DNA of 64,000 nucleotides from Vairimorpha necatrix (Eukaryota): NCBI GenBank assembly GCA_036630325.1, contig CP142735.1, positions 310,001 to 374,000 of the forward strand, read 5' to 3'. Shown piece by piece: positions 63,061 to 64,000 of this stretch (position 1 is its first letter; each line of letters starts with the position of its first letter). The notes under the pieces were generated by a model. It saw only the letters and a program-made list of their open reading frames with translations, ran no database searches and was not told where the DNA came from. The position numbers and the translations under genes were made by a program.

Positions 63061-64000
63061 AACTCAATAGTGATGCGGTTTTACCCAAGAGTTGGTTGTT
63101 TCTCGGATAGCATTCTACAATGTTTACCTGGGTGCCAGAGGACTGTATTTAAGTAAATTAGATTTATTGTAGTAGCCTCCATGGGCATTGTTTCCTCGCT
63201 GGGGATACAGCGACTTGTTCTTCGTTTGTTGTACTCCTCTGCTCTTCTCGACATCATAGTGGGGGTAAAAAAAAAGAAAATATTATTAGAAAAAATATCT
63301 AGAAAATTCATTTGGAGGGGAAATTTCTTAATGTGGTAAAAAATATCACAAGTGACAGAAAAGATTTATCTCGGCCTTACAACTCATATATCATGAATGT
63401 CATATAATTTTATGCACTAAAAAAATAAAGCGTATATATTAGAAATCGGCGCTTCTCTGTTTTACGGTCCCATTTTTGAAGTTGTAAAACAGAAAAAGCC
63501 AAAATTATTTTAATTTTTTTTTTTTAAAAAAAAACTTCAAAACGACAAAAGAATTTTTTGATAATTTAGACATCCTTTGTTTTCTAGTCTTGCTCTGGGT
63601 AAAGATTATATGACAGAGACTGGGATTATTAATCTTACTAAATGGTGTTGTTCTTGTGTCATTTTTTTAAAAAGCAGTGTATAGTTTTATGAGAAGGGAA
63701 TGTAAAACAAAGAACAACATCTTGCCTGCCATAATTCTTTATTTAAAAGTAACTTTTTGTTGTGTTCTTTATAAAGGGTAAAAATGAAGATTAAGGAGCT
63801 GAATTAAAAATAGCTAAAACAACACCTGCAGCATCGGCCAACCAAAAAACACATTATTTCAATTAGTACAGAGTCAAAAGGACATAAAAAGTCTAACAAG
63901 TTAGATTCTCTAAAGGCAGTATTTATGAAAGTTAAAAGCACCAAATATGATTGGCAGAGGAAGTCTTTCCAAGCCATTTTAAGTAGACGGAATCAGATGC

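Noticed and set aside
63081-64000. Short ORF 63081-63311 and downstream sequence as further genes of the primase-helicase element
   Set aside because: No recognisable motifs or element ends; cannot be linked from this window.

Overview
Very AT-rich eukaryotic DNA made almost entirely of nested transposable elements, with no intact host gene. CCC/GGG motifs just upstream of most ATGs and the TE repertoire suggest a large-genome microsporidian (inference). Read by eye, with termini and target-site duplications (TSDs): about 17 Merlin/IS1595-like (ISXO2) DNA transposons or derivatives (GG...CC TIRs, 8-9 bp TSDs); several Ty3/Gypsy elements, four with very short paired LTRs (49, 59-60, 69, ~123 bp); a gag-only and a gag-PR-RT-only LTR element; solo LTRs; one Tc1/IS630 transposon; one Ginger/GIN-like integrase transposon; a 5'-truncated REL-endonuclease LINE; and a ~790 bp tRNA-headed SINE with poly(A) and a 15 bp TSD. 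Highlights: (1) an intact 3.18 kb Gypsy element with 49-bp LTRs, a single 1024-aa ORF starting inside the LTR and no recognisable protease; (2) a virus-like AEP primase-Zn finger-D5 SF3 helicase gene that reassembles across ~10 kb of nested insertions (~50800-63060); (3) the SINE; (4) a palindrome in place of a tRNA primer-binding site in two LTR elements. Many frameshifts fall in homopolymer runs and may be assembly errors. All coordinates and identities were read manually.
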